DNA from: a virus
Taxonomy: Duplodnaviria > Heunggongvirae > Uroviricota > Caudoviricetes
Virus record (IMG/VR): IMGVR_UViG_3300023174_000034
DNA: 64,000 bases
Reading direction: 5' to 3' (one strand)
Part shown: piece after piece, positions 18,462-27,725 of the stretch
Position numbering within the stretch: the stretch's first letter is position 1
Layout: each line of letters opens with the position of its first letter
Notes under the pieces: generated by a model
Told to the model about the DNA's origin: nothing
Databases searched by the model: none
What the model saw: only the letters and a program-made list of their open reading frames with translations
Program-made: the position numbers and the translations under genes

Positions 18462-19248
18462 CTATTATCTGGTCTGTTACCCATTCTTTGTTGTGATAAT
18501 GAACTGGGTATAACTGTTCATGACCATTTATGCGTATGACAGGCGGAACTAGTTCTACATTTAGATCAGCAATACTGCGTGTCTGGATGGCCTGTTTCAT
18601 ATGTACAAAATTAAAAAAATCTGCAGCCGGTAGTGTTACTTTGTCTACTCCAACCAATACTGCTGCCAGTGCAAATACCATGTCATTGCTGCCAGGGTCG
18701 TCGCATCGCACAAGTTCTGTTTGCACTGTTGACCATTGTTGATACAGTTGTTTACACTTGCCAAAGAAATGTGCGGCCAGTTGACTTTTTCGCCAGTACA
18801 TGAGACCAGAGTATGTGTCTGGTAAATCGTTGGCATCAAATGTTTTTCTGTATGCACGACTAGTTGCACAGCGGCCCCGATAGTCTCTACATCCCAGGCT
18901 AAGAACAACATCACGATGTTCTAACATTCGCCACCAGTGCGAGATACTGCAAGTAAACAGCAGGTCTGATTCAACTTTGATTGTTTGTGTAAACGGACTT
19001 AGTGCAAACAACTGCCAGTCGTTGCGCTGTTTCCACTCTTGATCTTTTGCCCAATCAATTGGCAGTACTATAATATAGTCAAACACCACACGTTGTTTGT
19101 CTGTTAGTTTATCTGCGCTTGATTGGTCTGTTACCAGCGCATAAGGTAAATCAGGATTGGTCAGTTTCAAGCTCAACCTTTGCAAATATGCAAGACGTAT
19201 ATAGTCAGTGGACTCATTGTTTTGCGCCATGCAAATCACGCCTCGCAT
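18439..19248 (-). CDS. putative GT-A (GT8-like) glycosyltransferase
   Basis: LSPFTQTIKVESDLL (ExD), YSGLMYW, NDMVF, VHYH; paralogue of the next gene. Confidence 0.6.
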   Translation of the reverse strand: MRGVICMAQNNESTDYIRLAYLQRLSLKLTNPDLPYALVTDQSSADKLTDKQRVVFDYIIVLPIDWAKDQEWKQRNDWQLFALSPFTQTIKVESDLLFTCSISHWWRMLEHRDVVLSLGCRDYRGRCATSRAYRKTFDANDLPDTYSGLMYWRKSQLAAHFFGKCKQLYQQWSTVQTELVRCDDPGSNDMVFALAAVLVGVDKVTLPAADFFNFVHMKQAIQTRSIADLNVELVPPVIRINGHEQLYPVHYHNKEWVTDQIIDDYANAI

Positions 19249-20003
19249 ATAAACTTCTCCAGCTTAGTGCTTTGTAACCATTCCTTGCTCATCACATGCA
19301 GATCTGTACGTGGCAATACCAGTGCATTGTCTTGTGTTCGTACTGTGATCCAATCCTTGTTGATTTGAACATCTGTCAGTGCTTGATCTGCTGTGACAAT
19401 TCCAAACGGCATGTTTGTTGCGCTACTACGATTGTATCCACCAATGATAATTTCTGCCATGGCAAAAGCATAGTCGTTACGAAAACGCAATTCAACAATG
19501 CCAAACAACACACGATAGTATTCCCAGTTGCGCTGTATGCGCCCTACCAGTTCAAAGAACAATCTTGTGCGTTCAGTTTTGCGAAAATAAAAAACTGTGG
19601 CCCACACAGGAGTAAGTGCAGTAACATCCAGTGTGGGACGGAATAACATTTCGTTTTTATGACAAAGTAGCAGGTCTTGTGTGCTGTCAAATAAATTTAG
19701 TAACCGTTGGGTGGTGATCAAATAGTCAACATCAATTACCAGCGTTTGTTCAAAAGGTGACAGTTCCCAGGCCTGGTAACGATTGAAGTTGTTCCATACC
19801 ACTGTTTTTTGTTGATCAACGTCAAATCGTGTGTTACGCCAGTTGTCTTGTTTTTGCCCAATCACCAAATGCACAGGTAGTCCTAGAGACTTTGATGCCA
19901 ATTGTAAAGTTTTGTTAGCTATACGTTCGTAGTCCACTGTGGGACTGTTATTGGCAAAGGCCAGTATGCCTTTAGATTTTTCTGACACGCTGAAGTTCTT
20001 CAT
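19236..20003 (-). CDS. putative GT-A (GT8-like) glycosyltransferase; start uncertain (19988-20012)
   Basis: LSPFEQTLVIDVDYL (DxD), RNDYAF, LHVMSK. Confidence 0.62.
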   Translation of the reverse strand: MKNFSVSEKSKGILAFANNSPTVDYERIANKTLQLASKSLGLPVHLVIGQKQDNWRNTRFDVDQQKTVVWNNFNRYQAWELSPFEQTLVIDVDYLITTQRLLNLFDSTQDLLLCHKNEMLFRPTLDVTALTPVWATVFYFRKTERTRLFFELVGRIQRNWEYYRVLFGIVELRFRNDYAFAMAEIIIGGYNRSSATNMPFGIVTADQALTDVQINKDWITVRTQDNALVLPRTDLHVMSKEWLQSTKLEKFICEA

Positions 20004-20283
20004 GTAAGCCATGCCATCTATTTAGGACTCGTTGATATTGTTGTTTACATTTTTCGAGCAATGCTGTGCGGTTGCAGTGTATAGGATTACCGTATTGATC
20101 TTCTACAAACAGCTCATCGTCTGTCCATGCGTTTAGAAAACCAATCAGTTCAGGAGTTACAATAAACAAGCCATCATTATGATGTACCACAAGGTCAGCT
20201 TTTGTTTGCTCTCGTAACAGAGTACGATTGCGTTGAATGTCTGTGGCTTGTTTTATTTCAAGTGCAAGTGCAGTTAGGGTCAT
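19972..20283 (-). CDS. hypothetical protein, first gene behind a late-type promoter in the GT/radical SAM cluster
   Basis: 103-aa ORF; TAAGTA 5 nt upstream of ATG. Confidence 0.75.
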   Translation of the reverse strand: MTLTALALEIKQATDIQRNRTLLREQTKADLVVHHNDGLFIVTPELIGFLNAWTDDELFVEDQYGNPIHCNRTALLEKCKQQYQRVLNRWHGLHEELQRVRKI

Positions 20284-20309
20284 ACTAGTACTTATTTTGC
20301 ACTAGCACG
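20281..20309 (-). promoter_or_regulatory. late-promoter variant TAAGTA inside an 11-bp RNA hairpin that buries the AUG
   Basis: Minus strand CGTGCTAGTGC-aaaataa-GTACTAGTATG, 11 pairs including three G-U; TAAGTA at 20289-20294. Confidence 0.55.
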
Positions 20310-20319
20310 AGTCCTAAAA

Positions 20320-21408
20320 TTAAGGCGACTGAGCGATTAGTGCAATAGATCCAACTGTTGGATTAGACCATGTTTTAGTAACTGTTGCCCCTGCGCCTGA
20401 CTGATCGATCAAGTCAATTGCTATCCCGGTTCGAACATCAAGATTATCTGTGTTCCAGGCAGGCAATGCACCGGTACTACCAAATCCTGATGATATTCTA
20501 AACACAATTACAATGCTTTTACCAACTGCTCCGTTATCAAGGCCGTTGCCTGTTACATCTGCGCGATAGGCATAAACCGTGATGAAACTGTCTGAATATG
20601 CGCCACTTCCAAGTGAGTTCGATCCCAGCTGTAGTGAACTGGTTCCCAAGGTCCAATATCCTTTACCTGCACCTGTATTACTGCCCGAATCATTGCCAGC
20701 AAAACCAGTGTTGTTGTATGCAGAGATATAACATTCGCCTATACCATTGATAGTACTCACAAGAGCCGCTGATCGATCATTTGCTGGGCTACCAATGGTA
20801 GATCCAGCAAAACTTATTCTTAGTTGGCCGCCGGCGTTAAAGAACCAGCGAGCGTGATCTCCAGTGGGCCAGGATATTTTGCAACTGTACTCTCTCATGA
20901 CAGTACCAGCGTAAGTTGCAGTGTTCAAGTCCACAGTTCTGGTTGCGCTAACTGATGTAGTAGCTATTCCAAAAGTTGGAACTGGGCTGTCAAACCAAAC
21001 ATTGGCAGAAGTCATTTTGGCTGCAACAGAAGCAAATGTTGAGATAGTTCGTCCTTGAGCCGGAGTCGGACTCATTGAAAGATTGCCGGTTGCGCCTTCC
21101 TGGTAATATCTCATGCGATTCAATGCTGAAAAGAAGCCAATCCACGACTGTGCTTCAACAAGATCGCCTGTGTTGACTGGTTGTAGTTTGCCTTTTCGAT
21201 CAGACAGCACAGCCGAAACTGGGTTCTGTGGCAGTCCTGGAATTTCTAAACTTTCCATGTCCTGATTCAGACCTCGATTGGCTTTTCCTGGTCCCCATAT
21301 GTAGTTGATATTGTTACCTACAACAACTCCATTGTTGCCCGTTGGATCTCCCCAAACAAAGTTGTTGTAGTCTTCGTTGTCGATCAGTGAACCAGTTAGA
21401 TACGTCAT
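20320..21408 (-). CDS. putative virion structural protein (tail/baseplate accessory)
   Basis: G/S/T/N-rich, ARWFFNAGG motif, last gene of the structural block. Confidence 0.6.
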   Translation of the reverse strand: MTYLTGSLIDNEDYNNFVWGDPTGNNGVVVGNNINYIWGPGKANRGLNQDMESLEIPGLPQNPVSAVLSDRKGKLQPVNTGDLVEAQSWIGFFSALNRMRYYQEGATGNLSMSPTPAQGRTISTFASVAAKMTSANVWFDSPVPTFGIATTSVSATRTVDLNTATYAGTVMREYSCKISWPTGDHARWFFNAGGQLRISFAGSTIGSPANDRSAALVSTINGIGECYISAYNNTGFAGNDSGSNTGAGKGYWTLGTSSLQLGSNSLGSGAYSDSFITVYAYRADVTGNGLDNGAVGKSIVIVFRISSGFGSTGALPAWNTDNLDVRTGIAIDLIDQSGAGATVTKTWSNPTVGSIALIAQSP

Positions 21409-21409
21409 G

Positions 21410-24019
21410 TTAGATACCTGCCCTTACAGTAGCCTCAACCAGGCCTTCTTGTGTAGTTAATTTATCTGCTAGTGCGCGACCCAGAACATTCCACGGTGTT
21501 GCAACACCATCATGATCAGCTTTGGCACAACCATTGCCGGCACTGATCAAACGGTCGCCTTTGGCACATGGCCCGATCACGCGAACTGGTACTCGACCAA
21601 CTTGAGCCACTGGTGGGTGAGTTATATCATTGCCAGCTTCGCTGTTCATTAAGTAAGCTGGATTTGTTGAAATAACCCCAAACACTTGTTCACTGGCTAT
21701 TTCTGTTTCCATAGTGATTTCTTTGGTTCCGCCAATGCGTACCACTGTGCCGGGCACATACTCTGCATCTGTTTCAAAACGTTCTGCAACGTCGGCGTAT
21801 TTTGCAGTTGATGATACACCATAGAAGTTAGTGGCATAGACCGCACGGAACACTGACCCAACAGCACCAATATCTAGTGTATTAGTACTTGCTCCAGCTG
21901 ACAGAGCAATACCTGTTGAGCTTAATGTTACAGAATTAAGAATGTTTACGCCAGTTACATAAGCAACTTCAAAACGTTTGCTTGACGAACCAATTGGTTG
22001 TGGTGTACTAAACTGATTAGTAATACCACTGGCATTCAATGTAACATAGTTTGAACTTTCAAACGAAGAAGCATATACTGTGTTCCAACGTTTGAAAACA
22101 CCACCACTGGCAAAACCAACATTGTAAGTTGCGTCAACACCTGGCATTATATCGCCACCAGATGTAATACTTCCGCCAAAGGTAGCTGCCGCACTGGTTG
22201 ATACGCCACCTGTTAGATTCAATGAAGCCGCATTGACTGTTTTGACATAAAGATTATTAAACCTGCGAGTATTGCTTGTGCCGATATCAATTGCTTCGTT
22301 GTAATTCACACTGTCCGGCATGGTGATGCCACCGGTCACTTGTACAGTACCAGTGATACGCATGTCACCCTTCACACCCCATGGCGTGCCTTGTGCCAAG
22401 GTAGTGTCAAAATTTTCGTTGAAAATAATGTTACCTGTGATTTGCAAAGGGTTTGCCGCAATCATCATTGGGTATGCAGCCAATACCTTTGTTGCATTAG
22501 TAACTGAACGATCACCGTAGCGGTTGATCCAACGCACGTTATCTAGTCGTCCAGTTGGTAAAGAATCACCATCAACAGCCGCTGAGCCCAATGTAACTGT
22601 GTCTGTAAATGTTGTGGCAAAACGTGCATCTGATTTACCAAGATTACGCACGTGGTCTGAGTCAGGATATAACACACCAGTAATAGTCAAAGTACCGTCA
22701 CGGCGTAGGTCATCGTTTTCTAAGTTACTAACTTTGCCTTGTAGCAGTTTAACGTTAGCGTACATGGATGAAGTGTTTGTACCACCTGCGCCGCCATCAC
22801 CTGTGCGTGTCAGCACGTTAGAAACAATACTTGCTACGTTACTCCATAGCACGTACAAGTTACTAACCAGACTTTCATTACGTGTGACAAATATTTCTGT
22901 ATACCTCAAATCGTCATCACTGCCCGGACCGCCCTTACGGAATCCCAGGTGTGACTGGATTGTACGAACGTTAGAGTAGTTGGATGCGGCGTTGGAATTT
23001 AATGTACTGACGTTGGAGTTGATGGCAACAACGTTGTTTTGCAACATGGTACGTGTTGTGTTGTCGCGTGTGTCAACATAGTTCTTGGTAGCAACGCCAG
23101 TTGGATCTGTTGGATCGTTCAGAACAGTGACTAGACCAGTAACTTTATCAATTTGTAAAACTGTTTGGAATGCACCACCAGCGTTATCTGGTTTTGTACG
23201 GATGATCAAACCGTTACCACGAATCAAACTTACCAATTGGATGTTGTTGTTACTGATGTTCAACTGGAAGTTGGTAATACCTGTACCTGCTTGGTCTTCT
23301 AGTTCTAAACCAGAATCATTACGAATAACCAACTTGGATGTTAGCAACGCATTGTTCTTGGTCAAGTATTGATCGGCTGATACTTGTCCCAAGTAAGAGG
23401 CATTGTTTGCGTTTTCATAAAACACCAGCTCAGGTGTCGTGTCACGTGCTAGGTTGAAACCTGGTTTGATTGTAGAAAAGCCAGGAATAGTAGTAGCAGG
23501 TTGGAATGAAGCGTCTTTAGAAAGCACAGCAACCAATTGGTTCTGTACAAAGAATTTGACCACGACGTGACTGAACTGACTAGAGTCAATGACTGTGTCA
23601 GCAACAGCACCAGATGTACCAGTAGTACTTGTGAAGCTTGGGCCAATAACAACCCAGCCTGCTCCAGACCAGACTTTTAGTTGTTGGTTAACTGAGTCAA
23701 ACCACAGATCACCAGCCACACGATAGGTTGGTTCGTCTGCAACAGATTGTGCACCTGAAATTGATTTCCAAGCATTACCGTTGTAAACTTGCAGGACTTT
23801 GGTACTGGTTTGATACCAAACTTGACCAGATTTGGGATTAGAAGGTTGGTTTGCACTAGCAAAGTGCTCTAGCAACTTTACAAAGTTTTCATTTAAGAAC
23901 GTTCCGTAACCGGCAAAGTTCTTACCAACTAGTGTAAGGCTAGTTGCTGTACTGTTGGTTTGACCATCGCTGATTGTTGCCAACGGTGTGCCATCTGATT
24001 TTACTATGTTATACGCCAT
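21410..24019 (-). CDS. tail fibre/spike-like protein with C-terminal intramolecular-chaperone (peptidase G2-like) domain
   Basis: N-terminus shared with 24073..26658; C-terminal YADVAE...GVIS..PAYLMN...GRVPVRV..KGDRL. Confidence 0.7.
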   Translation of the reverse strand: MAYNIVKSDGTPLATISDGQTNSTATSLTLVGKNFAGYGTFLNENFVKLLEHFASANQPSNPKSGQVWYQTSTKVLQVYNGNAWKSISGAQSVADEPTYRVAGDLWFDSVNQQLKVWSGAGWVVIGPSFTSTTGTSGAVADTVIDSSQFSHVVVKFFVQNQLVAVLSKDASFQPATTIPGFSTIKPGFNLARDTTPELVFYENANNASYLGQVSADQYLTKNNALLTSKLVIRNDSGLELEDQAGTGITNFQLNISNNNIQLVSLIRGNGLIIRTKPDNAGGAFQTVLQIDKVTGLVTVLNDPTDPTGVATKNYVDTRDNTTRTMLQNNVVAINSNVSTLNSNAASNYSNVRTIQSHLGFRKGGPGSDDDLRYTEIFVTRNESLVSNLYVLWSNVASIVSNVLTRTGDGGAGGTNTSSMYANVKLLQGKVSNLENDDLRRDGTLTITGVLYPDSDHVRNLGKSDARFATTFTDTVTLGSAAVDGDSLPTGRLDNVRWINRYGDRSVTNATKVLAAYPMMIAANPLQITGNIIFNENFDTTLAQGTPWGVKGDMRITGTVQVTGGITMPDSVNYNEAIDIGTSNTRRFNNLYVKTVNAASLNLTGGVSTSAAATFGGSITSGGDIMPGVDATYNVGFASGGVFKRWNTVYASSFESSNYVTLNASGITNQFSTPQPIGSSSKRFEVAYVTGVNILNSVTLSSTGIALSAGASTNTLDIGAVGSVFRAVYATNFYGVSSTAKYADVAERFETDAEYVPGTVVRIGGTKEITMETEIASEQVFGVISTNPAYLMNSEAGNDITHPPVAQVGRVPVRVIGPCAKGDRLISAGNGCAKADHDGVATPWNVLGRALADKLTTQEGLVEATVRAGI

Positions 24020-24041
24020 TTACCTGGACTCCGATTTGTTG

Positions 24042-24049
24042 TATTTATA
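24042..24049 (-). promoter_or_regulatory. T4 late promoter consensus TATAAATA
   Basis: Exact TATAAATA on the minus strand in the intergenic gap; GGAG RBS and ATG (24019) downstream. Confidence 0.8.
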
Positions 24050-24072
24050 CATGGTTATTTTCTGGGTGTTTA

Positions 24073-26658
24073 TTATGGGGTATACTGGAACCAGATATCA
24101 CCATTGTTGCCGTCACTAGAAATTGGTGCGGCAGCTGATATGAATTTACCACTTCCGTCCCAAGTCGGAACGTTGGCAACTGCAATACGACCTCTTACCC
24201 ATGCAGTGGTTGCGGCAATGTTAGCATTGCTGTTATCCGATGGGTTGGGTATTGTTACTGTGCCGATGAATGTTGGTTCAGTTTTTGGCGCCAAATTAGC
24301 GGCAATGTTAGCCACCCAACGTGTTGTTGCAATCCAAAGACTTGATTGTCCAACAGGAGGATCAGCATACAACTGAGCTTGACCAGTGAAAGTTGGACTA
24401 GCAAGTGGTGCCGCGCCAGCAATGTCACCTACTGCCAGTACCACGTTACCAGTTTGTGTGTTGACACTCAGTACAGGGCTACGTTCAGCAACAAACTTAG
24501 TTGTTGCAATCTTTGTGCTGTTGTCTCCTACATTGGGTGTAGGAGCAGTAGGTACGCCTTCCAACGCAGGACTCACTTTTGTTGCATATGGTGTTAGGTT
24601 TGCACTTGGCATTGTTGCCACAATATTTGCAACAAAACCAACCGTGGCCAATTGTGTAGGATATGGATGACTTACAACAATGCCCAGTGGAGCACTGGTT
24701 GTAGATAATGTGCCATATGTTAAATTGGCCGCAGTAAATGCGCTAACTGGGTATCCAGTAAAGCTCGGATTGTTAATCGGTGCTTTAGAGCTTAGTCCGT
24801 TGTCGATACCATTTGTTGCGGTGGCAACCAAGTTACCAACAAATGATGTTGTGGCAATTCTACGTGAGCGATCTGTGTCCGAAACGTGTGTGGTTTGCGG
24901 TGTGCCAGAAAAATCTGGACTTGAAATATTGGCCCGGAGTGCAATCTCTGCAGATTGTGTCAGGGCATTTGCCTGCCATGCTGTAGTACTGGTGTTTATT
25001 GCGCCTGTAACAAATGCTGTAGTGGCAATTTGTGTGTTACTTGTACCCGCCGGAGCAGTGGCAGCTTTGGGAACACCGGTAAATGTTTGTCCATCAATAT
25101 TTGCTTTTGTATCAAGCACATTGTTGACAGTTGTAAAATTGCCCGAGTATGTGTCAAGCACCGTTTCAATGTTACCAAAATCTCGACGACTAACACTTGC
25201 ACCATTGATCAGTGCAGTGACATTTTGACTGATTTCGTTCAGTACCGTTGCTGTTGAATTATCAACATAGCCTTTGGTAGCAACACCGTTTGCAGAAATT
25301 GGGTTACCGCGTACTTCTGCAAGTCCGGTATTGCCTGTAATTTTTAGCACTTCAACTGGCGTGCCACTCACAAGGCTGACCACTGTACGCAGGCTAATGT
25401 TACCATTACCCTGTGTGTTGATTAAATTAAAGTCTCGACTGTTTTGCCACAGCACAGTACTGTCTGTGAATAACGTGCTTTGACCTACACCAAGATTGCC
25501 TGTCACACTTACATTGGCCAGGAACAATTGATCTGTATCTAGTGTTGCAAATCGGTCAGCAGTGATTCCATTCAACCGTTGTGCATTTGAAACTGTTCCG
25601 TGGAACATGTTGCTTTGGTCACTGCCACGTTGGAACACAATGACATCATTTGTCATTAGGCTAGTTGTGGCATTGATACGAATGCTACCGTTGGCATAGA
25701 TTTCTTGGATTGTTTTTAACGAACTATAAGCAATGTCGTCGGTGATAACATAATCCCCAACTGCCAGTCCTTCGGTTTGTGTGACAGCAATAACTGTATT
25801 ACCTGAGCTGCCTGTGGTATTTGATAACACACTGCGAACCAATTGCGGTGCGGCATCATCAACCAGCGTGATGCCAGGTTTGATAATTGGCAAACGCTCA
25901 ATTGTGTCTGCGGCGCCCGGCGCATATTCGTTTTCACGACTGATGGACCCAATCACAGAACCCTTTTGATAAATCAGCCCAACCACACGAGTGATTGATT
26001 GTGAGTCTGTAATGGTGCGAGGAAAGATACCAGTCAGCTGTTGATCTTTTGTGTAGCTAGGCCCAATTAGGTTCCATCCGCTGCCACGAGTAAACGTGAC
26101 TGTTTCACCTGGAAAAATTGATGCTGTTGTACCAACACGAACATTGCTGGTACTTAAAATTTGTGTGACTGTGACTGCGGCATTGCTCAGAATGTTTGCT
26201 GTTGTGAGTACATCGCCGACACGAACTGCTGTGGCACTGACCAGTGATACTTCATAACTGGTTGTACGATAAACTGATGGACTTGTTGTTGTAGTTTCGC
26301 CTGCCCATGTTTTCAACTGTTGATTGGTAGTATCCCACCACTGGTCGCCAACATTGCGTCCACTTGCTGTGGGTGCATTACCCGATGCAGTAACATGTCC
26401 AACTTTCTTCCAAACATCACCTGTCCAAATTTGTAAATCATTATCTGAATTGTTCCACCATAGCTGACCTTCCAATGGTGTTGCTGGTGCTGTGCTTTTG
26501 GAAAAGTTTTCCATTAGCGCAACAAAGTTGTCGTTTAGATAGATGCCGTAGCCAGAGTAATTACGCCCTACTAGGAATAAGCCATAGTCGGTATTAAGTT
26601 CTGTATCCGGAATGGTTACTAATGAATCACCGTTAGTTTTTGTTATTGTGTATGCCAT
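24073..26658 (-). CDS. tail fibre protein
   Basis: Six copies of the A-x3-P-x-F-x-G...ATTxFV fibre repeat in the C-terminal third; GDIWFQY end. Confidence 0.8.
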   Translation of the reverse strand: MAYTITKTNGDSLVTIPDTELNTDYGLFLVGRNYSGYGIYLNDNFVALMENFSKSTAPATPLEGQLWWNNSDNDLQIWTGDVWKKVGHVTASGNAPTASGRNVGDQWWDTTNQQLKTWAGETTTTSPSVYRTTSYEVSLVSATAVRVGDVLTTANILSNAAVTVTQILSTSNVRVGTTASIFPGETVTFTRGSGWNLIGPSYTKDQQLTGIFPRTITDSQSITRVVGLIYQKGSVIGSISRENEYAPGAADTIERLPIIKPGITLVDDAAPQLVRSVLSNTTGSSGNTVIAVTQTEGLAVGDYVITDDIAYSSLKTIQEIYANGSIRINATTSLMTNDVIVFQRGSDQSNMFHGTVSNAQRLNGITADRFATLDTDQLFLANVSVTGNLGVGQSTLFTDSTVLWQNSRDFNLINTQGNGNISLRTVVSLVSGTPVEVLKITGNTGLAEVRGNPISANGVATKGYVDNSTATVLNEISQNVTALINGASVSRRDFGNIETVLDTYSGNFTTVNNVLDTKANIDGQTFTGVPKAATAPAGTSNTQIATTAFVTGAINTSTTAWQANALTQSAEIALRANISSPDFSGTPQTTHVSDTDRSRRIATTSFVGNLVATATNGIDNGLSSKAPINNPSFTGYPVSAFTAANLTYGTLSTTSAPLGIVVSHPYPTQLATVGFVANIVATMPSANLTPYATKVSPALEGVPTAPTPNVGDNSTKIATTKFVAERSPVLSVNTQTGNVVLAVGDIAGAAPLASPTFTGQAQLYADPPVGQSSLWIATTRWVANIAANLAPKTEPTFIGTVTIPNPSDNSNANIAATTAWVRGRIAVANVPTWDGSGKFISAAAPISSDGNNGDIWFQYTP

Positions 26659-26663
26659 TTACT

Positions 26664-27353
26664 TTATCCTATTGCGCTCAAGTTGGTCAGTGTTTGAATA
26701 CGCACAGTATAGTCGATTTGGATCAAGCGATTCAGTGACTTTTGCACTGGATGGAAAATCACATGTGTAAGCAATTTGCCTGCGCCTGCTGTGCTATCAA
26801 GAGCACGAGCTTTGATACCTAGTTCATCAAATGTATAGGTATCGTTGAGTGTTGTACTATTATCAAATACTGATTGGGTGGCCGGTTCACCGTAGTCTAG
26901 CAAGCAAGTGATAATGATATCAGAGTATGGATTACCAGCAATATGGCGGACTTCCATTTTATTATGGGCGGTATCCGGGTTGTTGCTAGTATCAGTATCG
27001 TCTACAATTTTATAATATGTTGGGTTGTACAAATCAGCAGACTGACTTGTTGTGTTTGGAATCAAGTATGTGATAACACCTGTGCTGTCAACGGCTGTGC
27101 CGCCGTTGCCAAAGTGCATTTCGTACATGTATTGTTGATCACGGTGACTCAGTGCATACGCAATCGCTTCACTCATGTTTTCATAATGAATAGCGTTGGG
27201 TTTGTCTACAAACACTTCGCCAGTTTCAGGGTTGTGAATCTTGATGTGACCACGCACATAAATGCCCGCTACAACGTCTGGCTGTTTGGTGTCTTTTTCC
27301 ATTGGTTTTTCCGCCTGATTCTTCATCTGTGTCTGTTCTTTTTCTGTGTCCAT
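26664..27353 (-). CDS. baseplate/tail-fibre attachment-like structural protein
   Basis: MHFGNGG, DELG, HPVQKSLNR motifs in a tail operon; TAAATA and AGGA upstream of ATG 27353. Confidence 0.55.
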   Translation of the reverse strand: MDTEKEQTQMKNQAEKPMEKDTKQPDVVAGIYVRGHIKIHNPETGEVFVDKPNAIHYENMSEAIAYALSHRDQQYMYEMHFGNGGTAVDSTGVITYLIPNTTSQSADLYNPTYYKIVDDTDTSNNPDTAHNKMEVRHIAGNPYSDIIITCLLDYGEPATQSVFDNSTTLNDTYTFDELGIKARALDSTAGAGKLLTHVIFHPVQKSLNRLIQIDYTVRIQTLTNLSAIG

Positions 27354-27357
27354 ATCC

Positions 27358-27364
27358 TTATTTA
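27358..27364 (-). promoter_or_regulatory. late promoter core TAAATA
   Basis: gcTAAATAaggatATG on the minus strand, flanked by a short TATATC/GATATG inverted repeat. Confidence 0.5.
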
Positions 27365-27374
27365 GCATGATATA

Positions 27375-27725
27375 TTACCTGGTGCCAAGTATGCTGACCA
27401 CTGTGCCCACAGGGTAACTTAAATTAGCCACAGTAACATTTGCTAGTCCATAAACACCGTTTGCATTAGACGCTGTATAAGTCCAAACATGTGCACCGAT
27501 ACGGAGATATCCCAACTTACCAGTAGATGGACTAGACACCAAGGTGACGTTGGATACAGAAATCCAACTGTTGGCTGAGTTATTTGCAGTCAATGTTACT
27601 AATTTGGGCAGTCTGGGATCTGCGCTGGGAACATAAGATTTAGATGCTCGCAAAAAGTCAGCTTGGAAAGTACTACTTCCAAAAATTCCAACTCCTGCCG
27701 TAACTACGTTTGATACAATATTCAT
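27375..27725 (-). CDS. small putative structural protein
   Basis: TAATG coupling to the giant gene; beta-strand-like S/T/V/N-rich sequence. Confidence 0.65.
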   Translation of the reverse strand: MNIVSNVVTAGVGIFGSSTFQADFLRASKSYVPSADPRLPKLVTLTANNSANSWISVSNVTLVSSPSTGKLGYLRIGAHVWTYTASNANGVYGLANVTVANLSYPVGTVVSILGTR

